In this document: positions 17,553-28,242 of the stretch, in pieces | Position numbering within the stretch: position 1 is the stretch's first letter | Layout: every line of letters starts with the position of its first letter | Assembly: GCA_963817235.1 (NCBI GenBank) | Contig: CAWFNS010000006.1 | Coordinates: 204,163 to 268,162 of the forward strand | Direction: 5' to 3' | DNA length: 64,000 bases | From: an uncultured Actinomycetes bacterium | GTDB lineage: Bacteria; Actinomycetota; UBA4738; HRBIN12 | Made by a program: the position numbers and the translations under genes | The notes under the pieces: generated by a model | Seen by the model: the letters and a program-made list of their open reading frames with translations, nothing else | Database searches by the model: none | Told to the model about the DNA's origin: nothing

Positions 17553-20011
17553 TGCCCGCCGGGACTCGAGCTCGGGCTCGTGGTCGGGCTGGCGGCGCCG
17601 GCCCCGACGATCAGCTGGACCGAGCTCCCCTCGTCGACGATCGTGCCGCCGACCGGATCCATCGACAGGACCACGCCGACCCTGCTGGCGCGCGTCACCG
17701 GTTGCTCGACCACGTTCGCGGAGACATGGATCGCCGAGAGCTGCGACTCCGCGTCGCCGATCGACAATCCGACCACGTCGGGCAACGTGACCTTCGATGC
17801 GACGCCGTCGCTGATCGACAACGCCACGGTCGAGCCGGAGACGGCCTGGGAGCCGCCCGCCGGCGTCTGCTCCACGACGGTGCCCGCCGGCAGGTACGAC
17901 CCGATGACCTGCGTCGTCACGTTGAACTGCGCGTCCTGGAGGATGGTCCTCGCCTCATCGATCGGCTTGCCGATCACGTACGGCACGCCGACCAGCGACG
18001 CGCTCGGGAACTCGAGCGGGGGCATCCCCTTGAGGACCTGCTCCATGTACGCCCTCCAGATGGGCGCCGCGATCGATCCTCCGAACACGTCGTAGCCCCA
18101 GTACTCCGATAACGGATACGGGGTGCCCTGGGAGCCGACCCACACGGCCGTCGTCACCTGTCGCGTATAGCCGGCGAACCAGACGTTCGTGTTGCTGTCG
18201 GCGGTGCCGGTCTTGCCGCGGATCGGCCACGGTCCCCAGCCGCTGCGAACGTCGAGGCGGCGGTGCCGTAGGTGACCGGTCCCTTCAGGAGGTCGGTGAC
18301 CAGGTTCGCGATCGGCGCCGGGATCACCTGCTGGCAGTCGGGGCGTTGCCGGTACAGGATCTGGTTCCCCCTGCGGATCTCCGCGACCGCGTACGGCAGG
18401 CAGTGGACGCCCCCGTTCGCGAGCGTCTGGTAGCCGGACGCCTGGTCGAGCGGGGAGATGCCGACCGCGCCGGTCGCCAGCGAGCAGACGGCGGGCAGCG
18501 GCGACGTGATCCCCATCCGGTGCGCCATCGCGACGACGTTCTCGGGGCCGACGTCGAGCATCAGGTGCGCGAACACGGCGTTCACGGAATCCGCCGTCGC
18601 CGTGTACAGGTTCATGTTGCCGAGGCTCGATCCCTCGGCGTTGATCACGACCCACGGCTGTCCGTTCGTCTCGCATCGGGGATCGTTGATCGCGCCCTGA
18701 ACGCCGGAGTAGCTCGCGTAGGGCGAGATCCCCTGTTCGAACGCGGCGGCCAGCAGGTACGGCTTGAACGACGACCCGGGCTGATGCAGGGTCGTGACGG
18801 TGTTCACCTGATCCTTGTCGTAGTGCTTGCCGGAGAGCATCGTCCTGATCGCGCCGGTTTCGGTCTCGAGCGACACGATCGCCAGATCGGCGGGCGGCTT
18901 GTGTTGCGGATACAGCGGCGTGCGCGCCCACGGCAGGTTCGCGGCTTGCTGCGCGGCCTTCTGCCAGTTCGCGTCGAGCGTGGTGATGATCGACAGGCCG
19001 CCTTCGGAGAGCGCCTTCGAGCGCGCCTCCGGCGTGGCGCCCAGCACCGAGTACCAGCCGTTCGGGTCGTCGAGGATCTGCTGCTTCACGTAGTCGACGA
19101 GGAACGGCGGCTGCGGGAGGTTGATCTCTCCGACGTTCTTCGCCAGCCCGAGCGGCTGCGCCTTCGCGGCGTCGCCGGCCTCGGCCGAGATGCCGCCGTT
19201 CGTCGGGCCGAGCGCGATCATCCGGTTCAAGACGTCGTTGCGGCGCAGCCATGCCTTCTTCGGGCGCTTGAGGGGGTCGTAGTACGCGGGCGCGCGGATC
19301 AGCCCGGCGAGGAGCGCCCCCTGCGCGAGCGTGAGCTTCGACGCCTCCTTGTGGAAGTAGAACTGCGACGCGGTCCCGATGCCGTAGACGTTGTTCCCCA
19401 GGTAGACCTCGTTCAGGTACATCGAGAAGATCCGGTCCTTCGAGTACGTCTGCTCGACGCGCATCGCGAGCGCCGCCTCCTGGAACTTCCTCGCGAACGT
19501 CCGGTCGTTCGGATCGAGGCCCAGGGTGTTCTTCACGAGTTGCTGGGTGATCGTCGAGCCGCCCTGCACGACCGTGCCGGAGCGGAGGTTCGCGGCCACG
19601 GCTCGGGCGAGGGAGGTGAGGTTCAGCGCGCCGTGCTCGTAGAAGCCCGAATCCTCGATCGCGAGCACCGCGCTGCGCGCGGAGGGGCTGATCTCGTTCA
19701 ACGGGACGATCTCGCGGTTGTCCAGGTAGACGTGCGCGAGGACCGTCGTGCCGTCGCTCGCGTAGATCGTGGATCGCTGCGGGATCGGCGGGATCCGCGT
19801 GAAGGAGGCGCCCTCCTGCCTGCAGCCGCTGATCGATCTTCTGGATGCCGTAGCCCAGGCCGAGGAAGGGCGGAGAGATCACGAAGGCGGTCAGGCCGGC
19901 GGCGGCGACGACGACGGGAACCAGCAACAAGAAGGCGACCGGCTTGTAAGCCCATCGGTCGCTGAAGGCGAGTCGTGGCGCCCGGCGGGGCGCGGGTGGG
20001 GAGGTACGCAT
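17549..20011 (-). CDS. Class A penicillin-binding protein (transglycosylase/transpeptidase) with two C-terminal PASTA domains (frame disruptions near 18240 and 19790)
   Basis: N-terminal TM segment (MRTSPPAPRR...KPVAFLLLVPVVVAAAG). Glycosyltransferase motifs EDSGFYEHG and GGSTITQQLVKN (ORF 18154..19701). Transpeptidase SSFKP motif. PASTA repeats in the C-terminal part of ORF 17549..20698. Confidence 0.85.
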   Translation of the reverse strand: MRTSPPAPRRAPRLAFSDRWAYKPVAFLLLVPVVVAAAGLTAFVISPPFLGLGYGIQKIDQRLQAGGRLLHADPADPAAIHDLRERRHDGPRARLPGQPRDRPVERDQPLRAQRGARDRGFGLLRARRAEPHLPRPSRGREPPLRHGRAGRLDDHPATREEHPGPRSERPDVREEVPGGGARDARRADVLEGPDLLDVPERGLPGEQRLRHRDRVAVLLPQGGVEAHARAGGAPRRADPRARVLRPPQAPEEGMAAPQRRLEPDDRARPDERRHLGRGRRRREGAAARAGEERRRDQPPAAAVPRRLREAADPRRPERLVLGAGRHAGGALEGALRRRPVDHHHARRELAEGRAASREPAVGAHAAVSATQAARRSGDRVARDRNRRDQDDALRQALRQGSGEHRHDPASARVVVQAVPAGRRVRTGDLALRELLRRSGRDQRSPMRDERTAVGRDQRRGIEPRQHEPVHGDGGFRERRVRAPDARRRPRERRRDGAPDGDHVAAARRLLAGDRRGRHLPARPGVRLPDARERGRPLPAVRGRGDPQGEPDPVPATPRLPAGDPGADREPGHRPPEGTGHLRHRRLDVRSGWGPWPIRGKTGTADSNTNVWFAGYTRQVTTAVWVGSQGTPYPLSEYWGYDVFGGSIAAPIWRAYMEQVLKGMPPLEFPSASLVGVPYVIGKPIDEARTILQDAQFNVTTQVIGSYLPAGTVVEQTPAGGSQAVSGSTVALSISDGVASKVTLPDVVGLSIGDAESQLSAIHVSANVVEQPVTRASRVGVVLSMDPVGGTIVDEGSSVQLIVGAGAASPTTSPSSSPGGH

Positions 20012-20051
20012 CAGGGATCTTCCGCGAGGATACCCCGACCCGCTCGGTACC

Positions 20052-21415
20052 ATGGAACCGCCCATGTCCCCGCGCCGCGCGGCCGTCCTCCTGCTGGCGT
20101 TCTCCCTGCCGTTGCTGGCGTCCGACGCCGCCGGCGCGACGACGGCCGCAACCACGGCCGCGACGCCGAGCGTGGACATCGTGAAGGTCGAGGGCGCGCT
20201 CGACCGCCCGCTGATCGCGTTCGTGAACGACGCGCTGGATGCCGCGGAAGCGGCGCACGCGACGGTGGTGCTGGAGCTCGATTCCGCCGGCTCGTTCGGG
20301 GAGGCGGGCGTCGCGCTCGCCGACCGGATCGCCTCCATGCCGATCCCGGTCCTCGTGTGGATCGGCCCGGTGCCGGCGAAGGCGAGCGGCGCCGGCCTCC
20401 TGTTGCTGTACGCCTCGTCGCTGGCGGCGGTCGCACCCGGATCGCAGACGGGACCGCTCGACCCGGTCGACCTGCTCCACCCCGGAAGCTCGCCGCCGGG
20501 TCTGAACGCGATGATCGACGGCTGGCTCGCCGCCCGCGGCCGCTCCGTCGATCGAGCCGAGGAGAACGACGCGCTGACGGCGCAGCAGGCGATCGACGGC
20601 GGGTTCGCCTCCGTCCACGCGACGTCGGTGCTCGAGCTGCTGAACATCGTGGACGGGACGACCGTGCCGACCTCGGCCGGACCGACCGTCCTGCACACGA
20701 AGATCGCCGAGACCGACGCGGAGGCGCAGACGCGGCGGCGTCACGATCCGGTTCCACGAGCTCGGACCCGTGAAGCGGGTCGCCCACGGCGTCGCGTCGC
20801 CGTCGATGATCTACATCCTGTTGGTGTTCGGCCTGGCGTGCCTGTCCTTCGAACAGACCCAGCCGGGGTTCGGCTTCGCCGGCTTCGCCGGGGTGTTCCT
20901 GCTGGCGCTCGCCGTGTGGGGCATGACGTTCGCACCCGCCGTCGTGGCTCGGGCTCGGCGTGCTCCTCGCCGGCGTCGGCGCGATGGTGCTCGACGTGCG
21001 GATGCGGCGCTTCGGGGTCGCCACGTGGGTGGGGATCGCCCTGTTCCTCGCCGGTTCGGTGCTCCTGTACTCGGGGGTGGCGCCGGTGATCCGGATCTCG
21101 CCGTGGCTGATCGGCGCGACCACGGTCGCGACGTTCCTGTTCTACGGCTTCGGGCTCACGGTGGCGACGCAATCCCGCGATCGCATCGTGTCGACGCAGC
21201 GGGGCCTGATCGGCCTGACCGGGGAGGCGCGTGGGCGGCTGGCGCCGGACGGACCCGTCTACGTGAAGGGGGCGCTCTGGCGGGGCCGGACCCTCGGCCT
21301 CCCGATCGATCCGGGGACGAAGGTCCGCGTGCGCGGCGTCGACGGCATGGTGCTGCGGGTCGAGGCCGACGCCGATCCTCGTGACGAGCGCCAAGCGTTG
21401 CCCGCCAACGATTGA
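20052..21415 (+). CDS. NfeD-family membrane-bound ClpP-class serine protease (frame disruptions near 20745 and 20945)
   Basis: Signal peptide plus a ClpP-like domain (VVLELDSAGSFGE...KASGAGLLLLYAS). Polytopic middle part (ORF 20770..). C-terminal NfeD OB-fold (VYVKGALWRGRTLGLPIDPGTKVRVRGVDGMVLRVE, ORF 20960..21415). Confidence 0.7.
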
Positions 21416-21506
21416 CGTGTGAGCCTGCGGCCCTCGAGCTGTGGAGTTCCCGTGATCGGAGCCTCGAACGTGAATCCCGGCGGAGCGATCCGGGCGAACT
21501 ACGGGT

Positions 21507-21785
21507 ATGGAGCTCGCTCGGGCGACCTGGTGGGAGGAGGCGGCGTGCCGAGGGCACGACGCCGCGTACTTCTTCGCACCCGGGTATTTCGAGAAGCGAG
21601 CCGAGAAGCAGCGTCGTGAGGCGGTCGCGAAGGCCCTCTGCGCCCGGTGCCCCGCCCGCGAGCCATGCCTGGAGTACGCGCTGCGGACCCGGGACCCGCA
21701 CGGCGTGTGGGGCGGGCTGAACGAGATGGAACGCCGCGCCGTCCTGCGCTCCCGCGACGCGGACGGCGAACGCCAGGCCGGCTGA
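21507..21785 (+). CDS. WhiB-like (Wbl) Fe-S transcriptional regulator
   Basis: 92 aa. Four Cys (C14, C45, C48, C54 of the 92-aa ORF: AACRG...LCARCPAREPC) and a GVWGG turn. Confidence 0.9.
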   Translation: MELARATWWEEAACRGHDAAYFFAPGYFEKRAEKQRREAVAKALCARCPAREPCLEYALRTRDPHGVWGGLNEMERRAVLRSRDADGERQAG

Positions 21786-21829
21786 CCACCTCCGCGACCG
21801 GGCGCGAGGATGCGTGCGAGGATGCGCGC

Positions 21830-22308
21830 ATGGACGACGACCAGATCCTCGCCCGTCTCGGCGAACTCGGCCTCGAACTGCCCACCGCGACTCACCTCCG
21901 CTCGCCGCCTACGTCCCGTGCGTGGTGCACGGCGGGCTGGCGACGGTCGCCGGCCAGCTCCCGTTCGTGGACGGCGCCATGCTGAACGCGGGCTTCCTCG
22001 GCGAGCACGTCAGCGTCGACGAGGGCGCCGCGGCCGCACGCCGGGCCGCCCTGTTGGGCCTCGCGGCGCTGCGGACGGGCCTCGGGGGCTCGTTCGCGCG
22101 GCTGGAGCGGATCGTGCAGGTGACCGTCTTCATCGCCGCCGTGCCGGGCTTCGTGGACCATCCGAAGGTCGCGAACGGCGCGAGCGAGCTGCTCGCGGAC
22201 GTGCTCGGCGACCTCGGCACGCACGCGAGGGTGTCGGTCGGCGCCTCGTCGCTGCCGCTCGGCGCCCCGGTCGAGGTCGCGATCGTCGCCGCGGTCGCTC
22301 CGGCGTAG
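21830..22308 (+). CDS. RidA/YjgF-family protein (frame disruption near 21890-21900)
   Basis: [18 protein letters not shown] (ATG at 21830) joins ORF 21814..22308 ([20 protein letters not shown]...[11 protein letters not shown]...[18 protein letters not shown]). Confidence 0.7.
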
Positions 22309-22317
22309 CGCTCGCGC

Positions 22318-24163
22318 CTACCGGGCCGGCGCGCGCGGGAAGCGGAGGTCGCCGTCGCGCCGCGTCACGCCCTGACGATCGAGGTACTCGGCGAGCGGCA
22401 CCGCGTACTTCCGGCTGGTGCCCAGGGCTTCGCGGAGGGTGGCGACCGTGAGTCCGTCGTCGGCATGGTCGTACGCGAGCTCGGTGGCGCGCTCGACGAG
22501 CGACGGCGCGACGATCAGCTCGGGCGAGATCCGCACGACGGCGCCGGCGCGCCCCGCCGCGTCCAGGAGCGCGCGAGCGAACCCGGCCGCCACGAGCTCC
22601 TTCACCGTCGGCGGCTGCGCCTCGTGCGGTCCGGAGACGGCGGCGACCAGCTGCTCGACGTCGGCGGCGCGCGGCTCGAGCCGCACCTCGTGCGTGCGCA
22701 GCCGGACCGTCGACCCGGATCGTTCGAGGAGCCCGTCGGCCGCGAGCAGCTCCACGAGGACGTCGGCCACCTCGCGGGGCGGTCGGACACCCGTCGACCG
22801 CGCCGCCCGCAGGACGGCGTCGCGGACGCTCGCGAGCGTCGCCCCCTCTTCCAAGGGGTGGTCGCGGTGGTACGCGCTCAGGAACGTCTCGGCGGCGGCC
22901 GCGGCCGCGTCGCGGACGGTCGCCGAGACGCACCAGCCGGCCGCTCCCGGGGGCGGCGGGCCGCCGGTGAGGACCGCGATGTCGTCGGCGCGCACGGCCC
23001 CTCGCTCGTCCACGAGGAGCGCCGGCAGTTCGGTGCGATCCGCGACGGCCCGCCGGGCCAAGAACCCGAGGTGCCGGGGATCGGCCGCGCGCACGGGCGG
23101 CGCGACGTCCAGCACCTCGCCGCCGCCGACCGTGATCCGGCGACCGACCTCGCGCAGCACGTAGCGATCGAACACGTCCAGCACCAGCGGCCTCGCGGTG
23201 CGGATCCGGACGAAGCGCTCCCCGCTCGGTCCCTCGAGGAACCGAACCTTCGCCTCGGTCTCGGCGGCGCCGGCGTGCACCATGAAGGCGCCGCGGGTGG
23301 GGATGCCCCGCGCGAGGCCCCGGATCGCCCGGATCGTGCCGTCGAACGTCGTCGTCGGCCGCCACGCGCCCGGCGAGGCCAGGACGTCGCCGCGTTCGAG
23401 ACGATCGCGGTCGGCCCCGACGAGGTTCGCTGCCACGCGCGAGACGGGGCACGCGCGGTCCTCCTGTTCCTTGTGGGTCTGGAGGCCGCGGATCCGGGCT
23501 CGCTCGCCGTTCGGATACAGCTCGACTCTCCTCGCCGGTCTGCAGGCAGTCGCCGGTGAGCGTCCCGGTCGCGACCGTGCCCGCCCCTTTGATCGCGAAG
23601 ATCCGATCCACGAACAGCCGCGTCCTCGCGTCTTCGGGGGCGGGCGCCTCCGCGATCGCCCGGTCGAGCGCCGCGATCAGGTCCGGCACGCCCTCGCCGG
23701 TCTGCGACGACACCGCGACGATCGGCGAGGCCTCGAGCGCGGTGCCCGCGACCTGTTCGCGCACCTCGTCGTGCGCGATGGACAGCGTCTCCTCGTCGAC
23801 CAGATCGCGTTTCGTGAGGGCGATCACCCCACCCGCCACCCCGAGCACGTCGAGGATCTGCAGGTGCTCCTCCGATTGGGGCTTCCATCCCTCGTCGGCC
23901 GCGACCACGAACAGGACGAGGCGCACCGGCCCGACCCCGGCGAGCATGTTGCGCACGAAGCGTTCGTGTCCCGGCACGTCGACGAACCCGATCTCCCGGC
24001 CGCTCGGGAGGGTGCACCACGCGTACCCGAGGTCGATCGTGAGCCCCCGCCGCTTCTCCTCGGCCCAGCGATCGGGGTCGATGCCGGTGAGGCGGACGAT
24101 CAGCGACGACTTGCCGTGATCGACGTGCCCGGCGGTGGCGATCACGCGGAGCTCTCCGGCCAC
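22318..24163 (-). CDS. selB: Selenocysteine-specific translation elongation factor SelB (frame disruption near 23527-23535)
   Basis: GTG at 24163. G-domain [26 protein letters not shown]. Domain II is in another frame ([21 protein letters not shown]...). Winged-helix C-terminus in ORF 22318..23436 ending [19 protein letters not shown]. Confidence 0.85.
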
Positions 24164-24165
24164 GC

Positions 24166-25556
24166 TCAGGCTCCGTCGTCGGGAACGTCGCCCTCCAGGG
24201 CGTAGAGCACCGCGCGGGCCAGGTCCTTCGTGCGCTCCTCCGGCACGGTCCGCACGTCGAGCAGCACGTGGTCCTCGGCGACCCGGGGGAACACCGACGG
24301 CGAGCCGGCGCGCAGGCGGGCCGCGAACGACGGGGGATCGTCGACCTTCACGCGCACCCCCCACGACGGGAGGGAGGTTCCCGGCATCGAGCCGCCACCG
24401 ACGACGGAACCGCATCGCACCACGTGCGCGCTGGCGCCCTCGAGGTCGCCGCCGATCGCCGCCGCCAGCCGGTGGGCGCGCTCGGCCAGGTGCTGCGCGC
24501 TCGCGTGGATCATGGCGTGCACGGGCACCTCGTCGTCGGCCCCGACAGCGTAGAGACGGAGCGTCGCCTCGAGCGCGGCGACCTGGAGCTTGTCGACCCG
24601 CACGGCGCGAGCCATCGGATGCGCCCGGAGCTTCGCGATCAGGTCGGCGCGCCCGACGATGCAGCCGACCTGCGGGCCGCCGAGCAGCTTGTCGCCGCTG
24701 CACGTGACGAGGTCCGCGCCGTCCCGCAGCGCACCGCGAAGGCTGGGTTCGTCGGCCGCGGCGCCCCGCTCGTGGTCGAGCAGGCCGGAGCCGACGTCGT
24801 AGAGGAACGGGATCGCGTGCTTCGACGCGAGCGTGGCCAACTCGGACGCGGTGGCCTCGGCCGTGAAGCCGATCACGCGGTAGTTCGACGGATGGACCTT
24901 CAGGATCGCGGCGGTCCGCGCATCGAGCGCCGAGCGGTAATCGGCGAGGCGCGTGCGGTTCGTCGTGCCGACCTCGACCAGCTTCGCGCCCGAGGCGCGC
25001 ATGATGTCCGGGATCCGGAACGCGCCGCCGATCTCGATCAGCTCCCCGCGGGACACGAGGACGGGCTTGCCCTTCGCGAGCGTCTGGAGGGCCAGGAGCA
25101 GCGCGGCGGCGCAGTTGTTGACGACGAGCGCGTCCTCGGCGTCGGTCAGGGCCGCGAGGATCAGCTCGGCACGGCTCGACCGCCTGCCCTCGGCTCCCGG
25201 TCTCGCGGTCGACCTCCAGATCCGAGTACCCGGCCGCCGCGCGCGTCACGGCGCGGACCGCGGCGTCGGCGAGCGGCGCGCGACCGAGGTTCGTGTGCAG
25301 CACGACGCCGGTCGCGTTGATCACCGGCGTGAGCCCGAACGTCGCGGCACGCCGCTCGTTCGATCGCGCGGGCGAGGATCTCGTCGTCGTCCGGCGGCTC
25401 GATGCCGCGCGCGGCACCCGCCCTGACCTCGGCGAGCGTGGACGTGAGCGTCCGTTTCAGGACCGCCCGCCCCACCGTCTTCGATGCGCGGATCGCCGGC
25501 GCCGAGCGGAGCAGGGCATCCACCGACGGCAGCTTGCGGCGCACGTCGCGGGCCAT
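24166..25556 (-). CDS. selA: L-seryl-tRNA(Sec) selenium transferase SelA (2-3 frame disruptions between 25150 and 25350)
   Basis: N-terminus [16 protein letters not shown] (ORF 25161..25556). Middle part [18 protein letters not shown] (in ORF 22130..25417). PLP-lysine motif [10 protein letters not shown] in ORF 24166..25056. Confidence 0.85.
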
Positions 25557-25591
25557 GGCCGGAGCCTACCGCGGTAAGATGCCGCACACTG

Positions 25592-26782
25592 ATGGCCGAC
25601 ACGGACGTCCATCCCGCCTTCCAGAGCTCCGAGGTGATGAGCCTCGTCCGCGGCGGCGGCGTCGACATCATCCCGGCCGGCGACTTCGCCACCGAGGAGA
25701 TGATCCTCAACATCGGTCCGCAGCATCCCTCGACGCACGGGGTGCTCCGGATCATCGTCGAGCTGGACGGCGAGGTGATCACGCGCGCCGAGCCGGTGAT
25801 CGGCTACATGCATCGCGGCGCCGAGAAGCTCGCGGAGTTCCGTGACGCGCGGCAGACGCTCGTGTTGATGAACCGCCACGACTGGCTGTCCGCGTTCAAC
25901 AACGAGCTCGGCTGGACGATCGCGATCGAGCGGCTCGCCGGCATCGAGGCGCCCGACCGCGCGCAGTGGATCCGCACGATGCTCGCCGAGTTCAACCGGA
26001 TCATGAACCACTTGGTGTTCATGGGCTCCTACCCGTTGGAGCTCGGCGCGATGACGCCGATCTTCTACGCGTTCCGCGAGCGCGAGATGGTGCAGGACCT
26101 CGTCGAGACGGCGACCGGCGCCCGGATGCATCACTCGTTCGCCCGCGTCGGCGGGCTGAAGGACGATCTGCCGCGCGGCTTCCTGAAGCAGGTCGCGCCG
26201 GTGCTCGCCGCGGTGCGGCGCACGGTCAAGGAGTACGAGACCTTGATCATGGGCAACGAGATCATCTTCAAGCGGTGCCGCGACGTCGGGCTGCTGCCGC
26301 AGTCGACCGCGATCGCGTACGGGTGCTCCGGCCCCACGTTGCAGTCGACCGGCGTCGCCATGGATCCGCGGAAGGACAGCCCGTACGAGAAGTACGGCGA
26401 GGTCGAGTTCGAGGTGCCGGTCGGCACGCGTGGGGACTCCTACGACCGGCTCTGGGTCCTCGTGGAGCGGGTGAAGCAGTCGTGCGACATCATCGAGCAG
26501 TGCGTCGACAAGCTCCCGCCCGGGCCGTACCTGGCCAGCGGCATGCCGAAGGCGCTGAAGATCCCCGAGGGTGAGGTCTACGTCCGCACGGAGAACCCGC
26601 TCGGCGTGATGGGCTACTACGTGATCGGCAACGGGAAGAAGGAGCCGTACCGGCTGAAGATGCGGACGGCGAGCTTCTCGAACGTCAGCGTGATCCCGGC
26701 GATGCTGCCCGGCACGCTGGTTCCCGACCTCATCTCGATCCTCGGCTCGATCTTCTTCGTCGTCGGCGACGTCGACAAGTAG
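25592..26782 (+). CDS. nuoD: NADH-quinone oxidoreductase subunit D homologue (stand-alone)
   Basis: Internal ATG of ORF 25484..26782. NIGPQHPSTHGVLR, IGYMHRGAEK and C-terminal GSIFFVVGDVDK are typical of NuoD/Nqo4. No other nuo genes lie in the window. Confidence 0.85.
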   Translation: MADTDVHPAFQSSEVMSLVRGGGVDIIPAGDFATEEMILNIGPQHPSTHGVLRIIVELDGEVITRAEPVIGYMHRGAEKLAEFRDARQTLVLMNRHDWLSAFNNELGWTIAIERLAGIEAPDRAQWIRTMLAEFNRIMNHLVFMGSYPLELGAMTPIFYAFREREMVQDLVETATGARMHHSFARVGGLKDDLPRGFLKQVAPVLAAVRRTVKEYETLIMGNEIIFKRCRDVGLLPQSTAIAYGCSGPTLQSTGVAMDPRKDSPYEKYGEVEFEVPVGTRGDSYDRLWVLVERVKQSCDIIEQCVDKLPPGPYLASGMPKALKIPEGEVYVRTENPLGVMGYYVIGNGKKEPYRLKMRTASFSNVSVIPAMLPGTLVPDLISILGSIFFVVGDVDK

Positions 26783-26805
26783 CCGGCCGTTATCCTTCCC
26801 GCACG

Positions 26806-28242
26806 ATGGCGCTTCCTTCCTTCAGCGACGATTTCCCGGCCTGGTACCAGGAGGTCGTCCGTCAGGCCGATCTGGCGGAGAACTCGGTGGTCCGCGGCAC
26901 GATGGTGATCAAGCCGTACGGGTACGCCCTGTGGGAGGCGATCCGCGACGCGCTCGACATCCGGTTCAAGCAGACCGGGCACCAGAACGTGTACTTCCCG
27001 ATGTTCATCCCGCTCAAGCTGCTCGAGCGCGAGAAGGAGCACGTCGAGGGGTTCGCGCACGAATTCGTGTTGGTGACGCACGTGCCGGGCGAGGACCTCG
27101 CCGAACCGCTGGTCGTGCGCCCGACGTCGGAGACGATCATCTGGAACACCTACGCCAAGTGGGTGCAGAGCTACCGCGACCTGCCGCTCCTCTACAACCA
27201 GTGGGCCAACGTCGTCCGATGGGAGCTGCGCCCCCGCCTGTTCCTGCGGACCAGCGAGTTCCTCTGGCAGGAGGGGCATACCGCGCACGAGACGAAGCCG
27301 GAGGCGTGGGCCGAGGCGAAGCAGATGCTCGAGGTGTACCGGCAGGTCGCCGAGGACGTGATGGCGATGCCCGTCCGGCTCGGCCGGAAGACGCCGGCCG
27401 AACGCTTCCCCGGTGCGGAGGAGACGCTCACGATCGAGGCGTTGATGCGCGACCGCAAGGCCTTGCAGGCGGGGACCTCGCACTACCTCGGACAGAACTT
27501 CGCGAAGGCGTACGGGGTGACGTTCCTCGGTCGCGACGGCGAAGAGCACTTCGCGGAGGCCACGTCGTGGGGCGCGTCCACGCGGCTGGTGGGCGGCCTG
27601 ATCATGGCGCACGGGGACGAGAAGGGCCTCCGTTTGCCGCCGAAGGTGGCGCCCTGGCAGGTCGTGATCGTGCCGATCTATCGCAGCGACGACGAGGCGA
27701 CGCGCGTCCTCGCCGAAGGCGCTCGCCTCGCCGACGCGTGGCGCGACGCCGGCCTCCGCGTGAAGGTCGACGACCGCGACGACCTGCGGCCGGGGTTCAA
27801 GTTCGCCGACCACGAGCTGCGCGGCGTCCCGGTGCGCGTGGAGATCGGTCCTCGCGACCTGGACGCCGGGCAGGTGACGCTCGTCCGACGCGACACCGGT
27901 GCCAAGAGCCCGATCGCGATCGCGAGGCCGGACCACGACGCTCGATCGCGCTGATGGACGAGATCCAGCAGCGCGTCTGTTCGACGATGCGCTCGCGGTT
28001 CCGGGACGCGCACACGTTCACCGCGTCGTCGCTCGACGAGCTCCGCGCGAAGATCGAGGATCCGGGAGGGTTCGTGATCGGCGGTTGGTGCGGCGACGCG
28101 GCGTGCGAAGCCGACGGTCAAGGCCGAGACGAAGGCGACGATCCGCTACCTGCCGCTCGACGGACCAGAGCCCGCCGACGGCCCCTGCATCGTGTGCGGC
28201 CGTCCGTCGGTGGACACCGCGACCTGGGCCGTCGCCTACTGA
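26806..28242 (+). CDS. proS: Prolyl-tRNA synthetase, archaeal/eukaryote-like short form (frame disruptions near 27935 and 28115)
   Basis: Class II motifs (YFPMFIP, VRPTSET, FLRTSEFLWQEGHT, GTSHYLGQNF). Anticodon-binding domain. C-terminal Zn-binding domain ending ...CIVCGRPSVDTATWAVAY with a terminal Tyr. No bacterial INS editing domain. Confidence 0.85.

Noticed and set aside
21415-25600. A search for tRNA-Sec (selC) or a SECIS-bearing TGA-interrupted gene near selA/selB. Also checked GGTTCGA-type T-arm strings, for example at 44231.
   Set aside because: The intergenic spaces here are 2-92 bp and do not fold into a tRNA. The GGTTCGA hit at 44231 lies inside the kinase-2 G1 box coding sequence. 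The manual scan was not exhaustive, so absence is provisional.
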